Positions 38,168 to 50,606 of a DNA stretch of 64,000 bases are shown here, one piece after another. A model generated the notes under the pieces. It made no database searches, was not told the origin of the DNA, and worked only from the letters and a program-made list of their open reading frames with translations. The translations under genes were made by a program, and so were the position numbers. Position 1 is the stretch's first letter; each line of letters begins with the position of its first letter. This DNA comes from Callorhinchus milii (lineage: Eukaryota): positions 105,092,001 through 105,156,000 of the forward strand of contig NW_024704743.1 of NCBI RefSeq assembly GCF_018977255.1, in the 5' to 3' direction.

Positions 38168-38920
38168 ATGGAGAAAGGTTGCACACTGATTGGGCGAGTT
38201 TTAGAGAGAGGTTGAGAAAATCGGAGCTTACATGAGAACATGTTTTTCACAGCGTTATAACTATTCTCATCTCATCTTTGTTCCACCTGTGATGGTACTG
38301 TAGGTGGTTCCACATGCCTATTACTCTTTCACGATGTGAAAGGTGCTCTATAAATGGAATCTTGTTGTTGTTGTTGTTGTAAAATAAATCTCCTGCACTT
38401 TCTATTCGCTTTTGTGTAGCCCTTATTTTACAACAGTAACTGGCTGCCATCTAGTTTTCAACTGATCTCCAGCCAAATTTTTAAACTCTGCTTCATTTTA
38501 ATCAAAACAGAGCCAGTTCAATTCGATTGAGTTATTTTTGCCTTCTAATCATAAATTTGGTGAAAGCCAATGTATAAACGATGCAGTGTGAAATTAGAGG
38601 GCTTTATTCATCATTTCATATAGATGTACGCTTCTATATAATTACGTTGTTCTTGCTGTATCTGAGGCAGCCTGTAGGTGGAGGTGTTGCTGTACAGTGG
38701 GTGTGTTTTTTACAGATGGGCAGAATTCGACTTTCTTTGTACCACTGCAAAAAAACACTATTCTACATCTCAAAGGCACATGGGATTTTGTGGCTCACAT
38801 TCACTGTTACTCTGTGAGCGCGCCATTGCGGATGAGTGCTGTGAGAATGTGGTGTTTGAAACATTTCTTGTTGTGTCAACCTGACTCAGTAGCACTCTCA
38901 CCTCTAAATTCAGAAGGTTG

Positions 38921-39099
38921 TAATAATAATAATCCTTGCATTTGATATAGCACTTTTCACGTCTTCTAGACGTCTCAAAGCGCTTCACAGAGTATGCTGT
39001 AAAGTGTATTGACTGTATATTTGTGGGCGAAACGCAACAGCCAATTGCGCACAGCAGCGTCCCACAAACAGTCGTAATTGAAAATGACCAATTTATTAT
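38921..39099 (-). mobile_element. SINE, headless
   Basis: Tail and body match the SINE family. Confidence 0.85.
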
Positions 39100-39679
39100 C
39101 ACAATTTATTATTGTAGGTTCAAGCTCATTATTGCAAAAGAGTGTGAGACAACAATAGACAAGGCAAACAGGATTCTAGGCTCTATTGCTAAATCGGTTG
39201 AGTTTGGATTCTCAGACTTAATAAAATTTTTACTTAGAGGGTAATTAATGACTGGAACAGGTTGTCAGGAAGAGTGGTTGATGTCAAGACACTGGACATT
39301 TTAAAAAAACAGCTTGTTGCCATGGTGGGGGAATGCTAGGATGGGTGTTCTGGAAGGATAAGATTGGATGGGCTGAAGGCCTTCATCATCCAAACTGATC
39401 TTGTGAAGTGCCGTCCTTTAGCGGCGTTATTATTAACCTGAGGTTCCATCTACTGTTAGGGGCCTGATCTATGGACAGGAAGATGGTGGCAATGCTCTCA
39501 TGCATTTCACACTGAGCTGTGCTGCCCTTTAGGAAGCTCACAGGGATTCCTGGTACCTATCATCCACCTAATGAGGGCCCAATCCCATGTTTGTAGGATA
39601 TCAACCAACGAACTAGTGTCTATCCATCTTGTGAGGGACATAAGTGTGGTATCTTTGGAGCTGAACTGGCTAAAAGGTC

Positions 39680-40187
39680 AAATATTTGGCAACAGAATAT
39701 CAGAATTGAGCCAGCGCTCTGTGGCGGTCTCGGTAGCCCAGTTCCTGAGCCAGGCGGGCTATAGTATTCCAGGGCACTGCTAATGACAGCCCAGCCATCC
39801 TGACTCATTGGCTGGACTTGGAAGGGCAGACCAGTCACTAGGGGCAGGGAAACCTCCCACTCAGCTCCTGTTAACCCTGCAAGCCAAAGCCCAAACTGGT
39901 AGGGTGCTCCTCGCTGGACAAACAGCAATATCAATGACAAGCTATGTGGTTTTAGCTGGTTAGTCTCCAGCAGTATCCCAACGCACGTTCTGGGATCGCC
40001 AAGGCTTTGTTCCTGCCAACGAGCGCCTAATAATTTCCGGGATTAGATAAGCAGAATTCATCCCTTAAAGGAGAGAGTGCGCATTCTATTCCAACAATCT
40101 ATCTCTGGAATTTCCATGTACAGGTGGGATACATGAAATTCTCAGTTTGGTTTGGATACCCTTAAGCATGATAATGTGTCAGACATC
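39680..40187 (+). repeat. Unclassified ~500-bp interspersed repeat, copy A
   Basis: Colinear along its whole length with 46451-46978. Confidence 0.85.
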
Positions 40188-40911
40188 CAGGTGAGAAAAC
40201 AAAAACTCAGGAGAACATTAATGATCCCATTGAAGATCCAATGGCACTACTTGAAAAGAAGGTAGTTTCTCAAAGCCAACTAGGATGGCTATTAAATCTG
40301 TTGAGCCCTGTAGATCATAGCCTGTCAGCGCTGGTTTACGAGATACAGGTTTAATTCAACTGGAAAAAATGAGTGAAAAAAGCCATCTGGCTGACCCTAA
40401 ATTGTGAATCCATATGTTGGTGTATTTGTAACACTTGCCTATTGTAGTAGATATCGACATGAGGTGTTGAGGGACATCGTGTGGAGAAAGCATACAACAG
40501 CAATTTTTGATGCCAAATGCATTAAATCTTTATTATTCATTGCACCCAAGTATATGATTGATTTTTTTAGGGCAACTATCTACAAAGCTTTTGGGAGCAT
40601 GTTGTATACTGAGCAATGGACTTGTCAGACTGTGAAAACTTTTACAGCCAATCTAATTGTGATTAACCAATGCTCAAATGGAATAATAGGATTGAAAATA
40701 TGATCTTTGTAAATTGGAACACTATTCTGTGACGGTCCTCTGTAGTCTCTACCCCCAACCCTTCAAACTCTTAGCACACAGTACTAAAATTTGAAAAACC
40801 CTCCAGATCTCGCTCAGGGTTTGGTGCCTGAAATATCACCTGGTTTCAGCTTATTCGACCATTTTATCATAAAATTTAAGATAGTGCAGTATTGTGGAAA
40901 ATTCTTAAGTG

Positions 40912-41270
40912 CTGCCCTATAGTTTAGTGGTTAGAGCACGCGCCTTGCAAGCAAGAGGACCTGGGTTTGATTCTTGGGCAGACAGAAACGTAGGGTAAGT
41001 TTCCTTACTCCACACATCTGGTTATTTTGCAGTAAATAGGAAGTTAGTTCTTAGTCGATTGGTGGATTCCATTTCTAGGCGCAATAATCCCTTCAAAAAA
41101 AAACAAATAAAAGTATTTGGTTACTCAATCCACGACTGTTTATAGGACACTACTGGTGTGCACAATTGGCTGCCACATTTCACCAACAAAATATACACAC
41201 AATTCACTTTACAGTATATTCTGTAAAGAGATTTAAGACATCTCAAAGACATGATAAGGGGCTATATCAA
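40912..41270 (+). mobile_element. tRNA-Ala-headed SINE, long form, diverged
   Basis: agtggttagagcacgcgccttgcaagcaag head, body, truncated tail. Confidence 0.8.
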
Positions 41271-41274
41271 AACT

Positions 41275-41570
41275 GAAAGGGAGTATATAGATATTGAAGA
41301 GGAGTGGACCAAGGACAGAGCCCTGAGGAACGCTGCACGAGATGGTGCGGGATCTAGAGAAGAAACCGTTTGTGGAGATGAAGTTGAGGCGGTGTGAGAG
41401 GTACGATCTGAACCAGTCAAGATCAGAGACGTGTAGGTAGAGGTGAGAGGCGAGGCGGTGGATGAGGATAGAGTGGTCTATGTCCTCTTGCAGTTTGCTA
41501 CTATCCTCCTCATTGTTTACTACTTTTCCTAGCTTAGTATCATCTGCAAACTTGAAAATTGTACTCATAA
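41275..41570 (-). mobile_element. Abutting L2 RT fragment (about 41275-41478) and CR1 RT fragment (about 41478-41570)
   Basis: SVPQGSVLGPLLFNIY (L2-type, matches 57950-58140) and KFADDTKLGKVV...LQED (CR1-type). Confidence 0.75.
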
Positions 41571-43739
41571 GAGAGACCTGTATTCATACTTGCGTACAAG
41601 TCTGTTATATGGCACTTTATCGAATGATCAAACAACCTTTTCTGTTCTGATGAAGGATTCTGCCTTAAAATTTCCCTTATTTTTCTCTTACAGATGCGAA
41701 TTGATCTGTGTGGACTGCAGTTTTATCCATGAGTTGTAGCTGTGCAGCTGGATATAGCCCAACTATATGCAGAGCGCTGCCTTTTGCCACGAGCAAGCTT
41801 CCACTTTGAATTTCAGTTTGGTCAGACTCTGAAACCGTTCCACAGCCAATGCCAATTGATACTTTATGATTGTGATTAATCAAAGCACAAATAGAATAGT
41901 GGGATTTAAAACTGAGCAATCTTTGCAAATTGGAAGTCACTGTGCTTTCTCCATATCTCTTAATAATCTTACATAGAAGCACACAAAATTACACAAAAAT
42001 GTCACAGCATTCGGCTTAACTAGTCCATGCTTGTGCTTGTATTCCACCCCTTTCCCATTCCCCTCTATTCCTTTCTCCCTCAGAGCTTTCTATGTGTTTC
42101 ACTGCCTGCTAGCCTGCCTGCCTATGTCTGACAGTCTGCCAAATCTCACTTTGAAAAAATCCCAATAAATTTGGCATCTGCCACTTTTCTGGGCAATCTG
42201 CCTGCTGTCTTTAAATCAAGGCTTCAGACAAAGCAGTTTAATGTATTTTTCGTTGAAAAAAGTGTGTGTGTGGGGGGGAGCCTGGGGGAGGATACCCTTG
42301 AACAAAAATATTCAAACATTCCTTAGAGGAGGTGTTTTTACCACGGCTTTGAGATCTCGCAGTGAAATGGATTGTTTGTAAAGCAGCTTGAACTGGCATG
42401 AACTTACAAGAGTGTTCGAATGAATTTGTGTAGACCCAGAAAATTCACCAATACATATCAGCTTTTAACTCTAATTAATGCACTGTGCTCAACTGTAGTC
42501 CATATTATGCCTGTTAAAATCTGTCTTTTCGCTTGATGTATATATGTATGTTTTTTTTCAAAAGTGCAATTTATTTGCTGTTCATATCTCTGGAAGCCTG
42601 TTCTGTTGAGCATAATAAGAGTAATTTTCTGTTAAGTATATAGTTTGATAGTTGAAACTCTCTCAATTGGCACCATTATGAATGCTAATCTGTTAATTGT
42701 GCATTTATTTACTAGTCAAGATGGTGTAAAAAGCATTCTCCAAGCTCTTTCGGTGGCCATGAACTATCCTATTACTGTAAATGTTAACAACTACTTGCAT
42801 TTATGTTCTACCCCTCAACTAAAAAGAATATCTCAAAGCCCTCAATGGATACAGTGGTGGACACCAAGCAGGGTAATAACAGATGTAAAAATGTTGACCA
42901 AAGGCTTTGTGAAAGAGATATCTTTATATGAGGTCTCCAAAGGTAGTGAGAAAGGCACAAAGCAAAGTCATTTTAGAAGAGAGCCCCAGAAGACAAGGGG
43001 TTTGGTGGCTGAAGGTCTTGTCACTGATGAAGGGTACAATTCAGGGTCAATGATGCTACAGACATCATCGAGGGTGCGGTGGAAATGTAACAAGGAGCAG
43101 TACAGCAGCATGAGGCCAGTTCATGTGGGGTATATGACAATTAAGGGGCTGAGCTGACTATCTCTAATAAGTGGAGGAGCACCATTGGAGAGATAGAGAA
43201 GACCAAGTCTTCCCACTGGGAGGACTCCTTTGGGAAGTTCCGGTAGAGAGATATAAAGCGGCATTTCCCCTGCACAGGCAGAGAGTTCAGGTCAGGAGTG
43301 AGCCTGAAGTCTTCTCCCCAGTTGCTGGAGCGATGGTTTTCTTGGTGATTAAACATCCTCATTTGGTTAAGAAAATGTCTTGCCTTTATTTTCTCTTTCC
43401 CTTAAACTCGATACAGCATTTTCTGGTAAATAATATCTGCTGCATGCCCACATATTTAAAGACATGAATGGCCTGAAGATACTCATAGTCTTGGCCTACA
43501 AACCATTTTGTCTTCAAATTTAAGATTGTGCAGAATTTAGAAAAATTCTTAAATTCGCTCTTAACTTAGAAGGTGATTTTCCCCAGATTTATTCCAAAAA
43601 ATAAAAGCCAGTAACATCCCATTATTATGCAGCAGAAGTAAAGTAAAATGAAAGGAATGAAAAAAAATCCATGAGAAGTATAGATTATTTGAAGCTCTTC
43701 TCTATAAATTAAATCAGAATGCACTGAGGCTGAACAGTG

Positions 43740-43925
43740 GCAACAACAACAACAACAAATTACATTTGTATAATGCTCTTCACATTGGGAGGAGGTCCCA
43801 AGGTGCTGAACAGTGAGGGAGGGTTTGGGATCAGGAGGGATGGAGGATAGGGGTAGGAGGGTGACCAGAAGCCACGGTCAAAGAGGAGGATCTTGAGATG
43901 GGACTTGAAGGAAGCATGTGAGGAA
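43740..43925 (-). mobile_element. L2 3' end
   Basis: (caa)n tail, SFKSHLKILLFDR. Confidence 0.8.
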
Positions 43926-44104
43926 ATATGAGCTTGACAAGAGGTCCTAGAAAAACTCTGAGTAGTTTGGATAATTTTAAATTGAGATTCTAATTGAGTC
44001 AGAGCACCCCCCCCTCCCACTCCACCACTAGCTGACCAAAGAAAACTATTAAAAAGAACTAGGTCTAGTTTTGGAAATTAACCTCCAAACTGAATTTCTC
44101 ACCT

Positions 44105-44460
44105 TAACAACAACCACAAATGACATTTGTATAGCGCCTTCACGTTGGGAGGACGTCCCAAGGCGCTGGACAGTCAGGGATTTGGACCCGAGCAGGGCGT
44201 TGGGATCAGGGGAGGTGGAGAGCAGAGAGGGTAGGGGTAGGAGGGTGGTGAAATGTGTGGTCGAAGAGGAGGGTCTTGAGACATGCTTTGAAGCAAGCAA
44301 GGGAGGGAATAAGAAAAATGGACTGTGGGATCGAGTTCCAAAGGATGGGGGCAGAGAAGCTGAAGGCATGACTGCCGGGCGAGGCTGTGGGTAATAGGGT
44401 CACAAAGCCTTGTGCGGGAGCTGCAGAGTTCTGGATGATCTGAAGTCTGTAGAGAGGCTT
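44105..44460 (-). mobile_element. L2 3' fragment with internal deletion
   Basis: AFSFSAPILWNSIPQS...LKTLLFD and L2 tail. Confidence 0.85.
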
Positions 44461-45835
44461 CCAATGGTGGCAGAAAAATACGATATGGCTTAATTTACAT
44501 TATTTCTTAAGGAATTGCAATGGAATTACAATCGGTTTGTTTGAGAATGGTGATCCAGAGTTCACGATTCAACGTGACGTAAGAAGTTGCCTTTTGGGTG
44601 ACTTGTATTCCTTATGAAACAATACCACAAATTAGACCCCAGACTCCAAATCCATAATCTGAATTGAAATGGAATGGGCTAATTTTTAACAGGAAAAATG
44701 AACTGACTAATTTTGTTTCCTGAAAGTGCGCTCTAAAAGCTAATCAATGCAAACCAGATGTGTCTGGTCTGTTTTCTAAATAATATTCGTGCCTGTGACT
44801 GCACACAGCTCTTCCAAGACTCTCTTAACTCCTGAGGACATTACCATTATAATTTTATTGTACATGGATACCCTCTAACATCCTCTATGAGTGTCAAAGT
44901 GACATATAAAAAGTATAGGAACGCATTGAATTTCAAATAGAATGTATAGATTATCCGTCAGACAAGTTTACATAATGCTGTAAACAGTACAAGGGCATGC
45001 TCATATCTATTGCCTTTGGCGTGATCATTTTTCATTCTGAGTCACTTTGAGCAACAATGGCCAAAGTGGTTCAAAGATACATTGTGGAACTTACAGCACC
45101 GTAATTACAGATTGATGACAAAGTCTTTTTTTATCCATAGGTGGTTTCAATGTGAAATGGGTTTGGGCAATCTCAACCCAATTCTTTGTGGGTATGTGCC
45201 AAGCCAAGCAGGAATTCGAGGGACATTCTTGAAAAATTATTAGCGGGTTTGGGAGCTACTATTATTCAGGAGTTTGGTGGAGGACTGTATCTGAATTTTT
45301 AAAAATTACTAATCAAGAAATGAAGTGTGTTCATGAAACTACAAATTTCAGTCTATTATATTTATGTGCCACAACTAGCCATTTTGTGGCCTCACTGACT
45401 GAGAATGCTGAATTTACTATCAATTGATACCATGTTAGGACCTGTCTTGTACTCTGCTCTATGTTCACAAGGAATTGTATTGAAAAATGCCCAAGCCCCA
45501 TTTAAAGTATGACCCTTAAAGTTGATTCCTTCAAATTCTTTCCTCTTTGAAGATGCTGTGTAACATGGGAAACAGATTTCTCTCCAAGTCATAAGGTTTT
45601 TCACTAGCTCCAGGTGTCATTGGCATTATGCCAGTTTATTCCAGTAAAGCATGTGGTTTACACTATACCAGTTCATGTTTATGCCACTTAGAAATTAGAA
45701 ACACAGCTATTGGTCCAAGCTTTTACGATACATGCCAAATATATAGCAGTTTCCATGCAGCTGATTGCTGTGGTCAACATCCCCTCCTGCAATCCAGTAT
45801 ACAATTTCAGTATACTTTCTGCTGCATGCTACTCA

Positions 45836-46050
45836 TAATAATAATCCTTGCATTTGATATACCGCTTTTCACATCTTCTAGACGTCCCAAAGCGCTTCAC
45901 AGAATATACTGTAAAGTGAATTGACTGTATATTTGTGGGCGAACGCGGCAGCCAATTGCACACAGCAATGTCCCACAAACAGTCGTGGATTGAAAATGAC
46001 CAATTTATTATTGCTTTTGATTTTTGGAGGGATTATTATTAGGCGTGTGG
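45836..46050 (-). mobile_element. SINE, headless short form
   Basis: Matches 37846-38070. Confidence 0.85.
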
Positions 46051-46450
46051 ACCGTGAACGTGAGGAGGAAAATCAGTCCATCAACAACAATTTACAGTTG
46101 TATAACACATTTCGCATCAGGAGAACATCTCAAAGTGCTTCACTCCAACTTGGTGGGGATTTGGGGATGGGTGGGAGAGGAGCTGAGGAGGAGGAATGGT
46201 AGCTGAAAGCACAGTTGAAAGGATCAAACTGTTCCATCAGTTTATTAAGTCATGACAGATCTTTTAATTCCATTTCCCTTCCTTTCCTCCATACTCCATT
46301 AGCACATCTCACTTCCCAAGTATTCCCTTTAAATATCTCAATTAAATATGCCAATTAATTGTGGCAGTGTATTCCACATTTTTACAGTTCTTTCAGAGGA
46401 GTGCTTTCTGATCTGATGTTCACCTGTTTAAATCCTGGGCCAATACAATT

Positions 46451-46978
46451 CATGTTTGGTAACAGAATGTCAGAATCGAGCCAGCCCTCTGTGGCAGTTT
46501 CGATAGTCAGATTCCCGACTCAAGTGAATCTGCAGTATTCCAGGACACTACTGATAACAGCACAACCAGCCTGATTCATTGGCAGGACTTGGAAGGGCAG
46601 ACTAGTCACTGGGGGCAGGGAGTCACCGCACTCAACTCCTGTTAACTCTGTAAGCCAAAGCCCTAACTGGTAGAGTGGTCCTAGTTGGACAAGCAGCGGG
46701 AAAGCATTCCAGACAGCGCTATCAATAGCAAGCTATATGGATTTAGCTGGTTAGACTTCAACAGTACTCCAACGCATATTCTGAGGTCTCCAAGATTTTT
46801 GGCTCTTGACAACCTGTACCTAATACCTTCCGGAATTAGGCAAGCAGGATGTGCCTCCAGGTAAATAGTACATATTCTATTCCAATAAGTATCTCTGGAA
46901 TTTCCATGTGTAGGTATGATGCATGGAACTCTGTTTGGTTTGGATACTCTTAAGCATGTTGATGGGTGTCAGTCACCT
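46451..46978 (+). repeat. Unclassified ~500-bp interspersed repeat, copy B
   Basis: Colinear with 39680-40187. Confidence 0.85.
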
Positions 46979-48177
46979 GACTAGTCGAACCCCCAACCCC
47001 CTCCCCGTGCTTTAACCGCCTAAAATTAACTGCCTTAACACACTTGTTAATAGGTTCACACTATAAATACTTTGAAAAGCATTAAGCAAGCCTCAGAGAA
47101 TGGAAAGCATCATATGATGGAGCAGAGATAATCCAGAAAGGCACCTTTCTCAATGACTGCATAGCAGGTCCTCCTGGAGCTAATGCAGCTACAAATGATT
47201 GGTCTGTTTGAGAAGAGGGTAGCTATGCTCTAAATGAGCTAAAGAGTTGTCTGGCAGAGGAAGAGTTGAGACAAGACCAGGAGTTAAATCAAAGGAAAAG
47301 AATTATCTCAAAAGGTATGCCAAGGTATGTCACTCTGAGTTTGATCTCAGTACATGACGTGTAAGGTCAACCAATTAGCATAGCATTCCTGAAAATGAAC
47401 AGATGTGCAAACTATTGGTTATAGTCATCTCATATGTTATCCTTGCAAACCAAAGTACCAATGGATAACATAAACAAATTCTTGCATTTGGAAATCCTTT
47501 TCAGATTTCCTTGCATTTGGGTATTAACATAACATAACATGTGGGAGCAGGAGTAAGCCATTCGGCCCTTTGAGCCTGCCCCGCCATTCAATCATGGCTG
47601 ATCTTCTAATATAACTTCAGCTAATACCATAACCTTGCCTTATCCCCATATCCCTTAATTCATTTTGCAATAAGAAACATATCTATCTCAGTATTGATAT
47701 TGGTATTGCCATATCTGAATTGGACAAGCAGTGGGAAGCTTGCCAGTCAAGCTTGCCAAGCTTGGGCTGATAACTGACACATGAAGTATAATACAGATAA
47801 ATACAACTTTCTACATATGGGAAGTAAAAATAGGAAACACATGTACTCCATGGATGGTATACAACTTGCCAAGGGGAAAGTTGAAAGAAATCTAGGGTAT
47901 TAGTTGATTGATTGCTCACCATATCAAAATAATGTGATACAGCAATAAACAAGTCTAAAAAGATACCAGTCCAAACAAGAACACACAAATTTGCTAGACA
48001 AAAGTAGAACAAGGTCCATCTAGTTTGCCTTCCACTATCCTGGTAGTCGCTTGACATGTTGTGTCCCAAACAATATACTGTATCCTGAGATATTATTTTC
48101 TAGTAGAAATCTATCTAAATTGTCCTTGAAATAAACAACACTTTCTGCTTCCACCATCTCCCTAGGGAGCCTGTTCC

Positions 48178-48488
48178 ATAATAATAATAATAATCCTTGC
48201 ATTTGATATAGCGCTTTTCACGTCTTCTAGATGTCTCAAAGCACTTCGCAGAATATGCTGTAAAGTGAATTAACTGTATATTTGTGGGCGAACGCGGCAG
48301 CCAATTGTGCACAGGAGTGTCCCACAAACAGTCGTAGATTGAAAATGACCAATTTATTATTGTTTCGTTTTTTGGAGGGATTATTATTACGCGTGTGGAG
48401 TAAGGAAACTTGCCCAGTGTTTTGCTCTGCTTGGAATTGAACCCAGCTGTACAAGGCGAGTGCTCTAACCACTGAGCTACAGGACTCC
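48178..48488 (-). mobile_element. tRNA-Ala-headed SINE, short form, nested in CR1
   Basis: (taa)n tail through gctctaaccactgagctacaggactcc head. Confidence 0.9.
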
Positions 48489-49060
48489 ATATAGCGCCTT
48501 TCAAGTGGGGAGGATATTCCAAGGCACTGGACAATCAAAGGTTTAATAAGTTTAATGCTCGCTCACTGAAGTAGTATCTGTGCAGATTTGTTCTGAATTT
48601 ACCCTCCTTCAATTGCAGACTGTGTCCTCCGGTTCAACTGTTCAGTACAAGATAAAACAGCTTAACATGGTCTACATTATTTTGTCCCTTCAGAATCTTA
48701 AAGACCATAATCATACTGCCCCTCAACCTTCTCTTCTCCAGTGTGAACATGTCCAGTTTACCTAATCACTCCTCTTAGTCCAGTCCCTCCATCCCCTCAA
48801 TCATTTTGTTTGCTATCCTCTGTATCCTCTCAATCGCTGCAATATCCTTTTTATATTGCAATGACTAGAACTGTACACTGTATTCCAAATGCAGTCACAC
48901 TTGTGATTTATAAACTGGCAGGATTCCCAAGTATGTTCAGGTCCTCGTGTAAGTTATCTTGTTCATCTTTGCAGTCTACAACCTTCATTAGCTTTGTGTC
49001 ATCTGTAAATTGAGCCACTTTGCTTGTGACTCCTTGTTCCAAATCATTTATGAAGATGTT

Positions 49061-49457
49061 AACAACAACAACAAGATTCCATTTATTGAGCGCCTTTCAC
49101 GTCGGGAGGATGTCCCAAGGCGCTGTACAGTTGGGTCAGGACCCGATCATGGGGGAAATGGTCAGTGGTGAGGGGAGGGAAGGAAGGGAGCGAGGAGGGG
49201 GTAGAGAGTTGAGAGGGGAGCTGAAGGCACGGTCAAAGAGAAAGGTCTTGAGACCGGCCTTGAAGGAGGAAAGGGAGGAGGCAAGGCGAAGGCACTGGGG
49301 GATGGAGTTCCAGAGCCTAGGGGCTGAGAGGCTGGTAGGGCAGTTGGGGCGGGGGATGTGCAGCAGACCGGAGCCAGAGGAACGGAGGTTACGGGCAGGT
49401 AGGTAGGGGGATAGTAGGTCGGAGAGGTAGGAGGGAGCAAGGCAGTGAATGGCCTTT
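49061..49457 (-). mobile_element. Young L2 3' fragment nested in the CR1 RT region, target-site duplication TTAA
   Basis: Splits CR1 GSVLGPVLF|NIFINDL; TTAA at 49059-49062 and 49456-49459. Confidence 0.85.
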
Positions 49458-50390
49458 AAATAAAACAGGTCCCAAAACAGACCCTTGTGGAACTCCACTG
49501 GTAACATTCTCCCAGCCTGATGATATTCCCTGTACCACCTGGGTTCTATCTGTCAGCCAATTATGTATCCATTGCAAGATAGCTCCACTGATTCCCGCTT
49601 TCTTTATTTTTAGATCTAGCCTTTCAAGAGGAACCGAATCAAAGACCTTACTGAATTTCCAGAAATACAACATCCACTGCCTCCTTTGAGACCCAGTCAA
49701 AGAAAACCAGTAGATGAGTTTTGCAGGATCTCACCCTTCATGAAGCCATATTGGCTATCTTTTTCATTTTATTACTGTCCAGAAGCTCTGTTATCTTATT
49801 TTTAATAAGTCTCCATAACTTTACTCACAATGGATATCAGACTCATTGTCAAATCAGTTGAGTTCCAAACCCCCGAAGTCAAGTCTACATATTCTGGCCA
49901 AACCTAGATTATCACATATAGGTCTAGTCACTGCAACATAATGGGTTGCCCAGGTACAATAGGCCAAATGGCCTTCTTCTGTGCTGTAAATTTCTATGAT
50001 TCTGTAGTTCTAAATGGGCCAAAGAGTCTTCTTTATCCAAAACAATCTTGTGATTTTGTGAATAACTTTAGTTAGGTACACTCCATCTTTTGAGGTTAAT
50101 TGTGGTCCCTCCCTATAAAAGTTAGATCACTTTGCGCTTCCAGCACCTTGGGATGTCCTCCCAATGTGAAAGGCGCTATTCAATTGTAACTTTGTTGTTG
50201 TTGCGCTTCAGAGCATTTTGAGGCCAAATTACATGGCAAATCAGTTATCAGGCTACAACAAAGAGACAAAACATTGATATTTTGTCAATTCAGCAGCTCA
50301 ATAACATTGATCTTTTTGTAGTCCAGAGTCCTATTGAATCAGAAGGCACAGAGCTACCAGAGCTGGACTATACAGACTACAGGACTTAGG

Positions 50391-50606
50391 GGTTAGAGCA
50401 CTCGCCTCACAAGCAAGAGGACCTGGGTTTGATTCCCAGGCAGGGCAAAACGTTGGGCAAGTTTCCTCAACTGTCTGTTTACTGTGCACAATCGGCTGCC
50501 GTGTTTTGCCCCAAAAATATACAGTCAATGCACTCTACAGTATATTCTGTGAAGAGATTTGAGATACCTTGAAGATGTGATAAGGCGCTAATTAAATGCA
50601 TTATTA
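50391..50606 (+). mobile_element. tRNA-headed SINE with internal deletion
   Basis: ggttagagcactcgcctcacaagcaag head, partial body, tail. Confidence 0.8.

Larger units (their letters stand above)
47975..49850 (-). mobile_element. CR1 LINE (same family as 29975), interrupted by a SINE, an L2 tail fragment and an L2
   Basis: FSKVFDSVP, WIHNWLTDRTQ, SGVPQGSVLGPVLF; 3' UTR caaggtccatctagtttgccttccac shared with the 29975 copy. Confidence 0.85.

Noticed and set aside
38684..38865. Two-hairpin region ending in ACAttt, resembling an H/ACA snoRNA, with three overlapping open frames
   Set aside because: No ANANNA H box at the expected position, too long, stems imperfect; no recognisable protein in any frame
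41233..41568. 111-aa ORF containing both FADDTKL and PQGSVLGP motifs as a novel reverse transcriptase
   Set aside because: The motifs are in the wrong order; it is a chance in-frame join of a CR1 fragment and an L2 fragment
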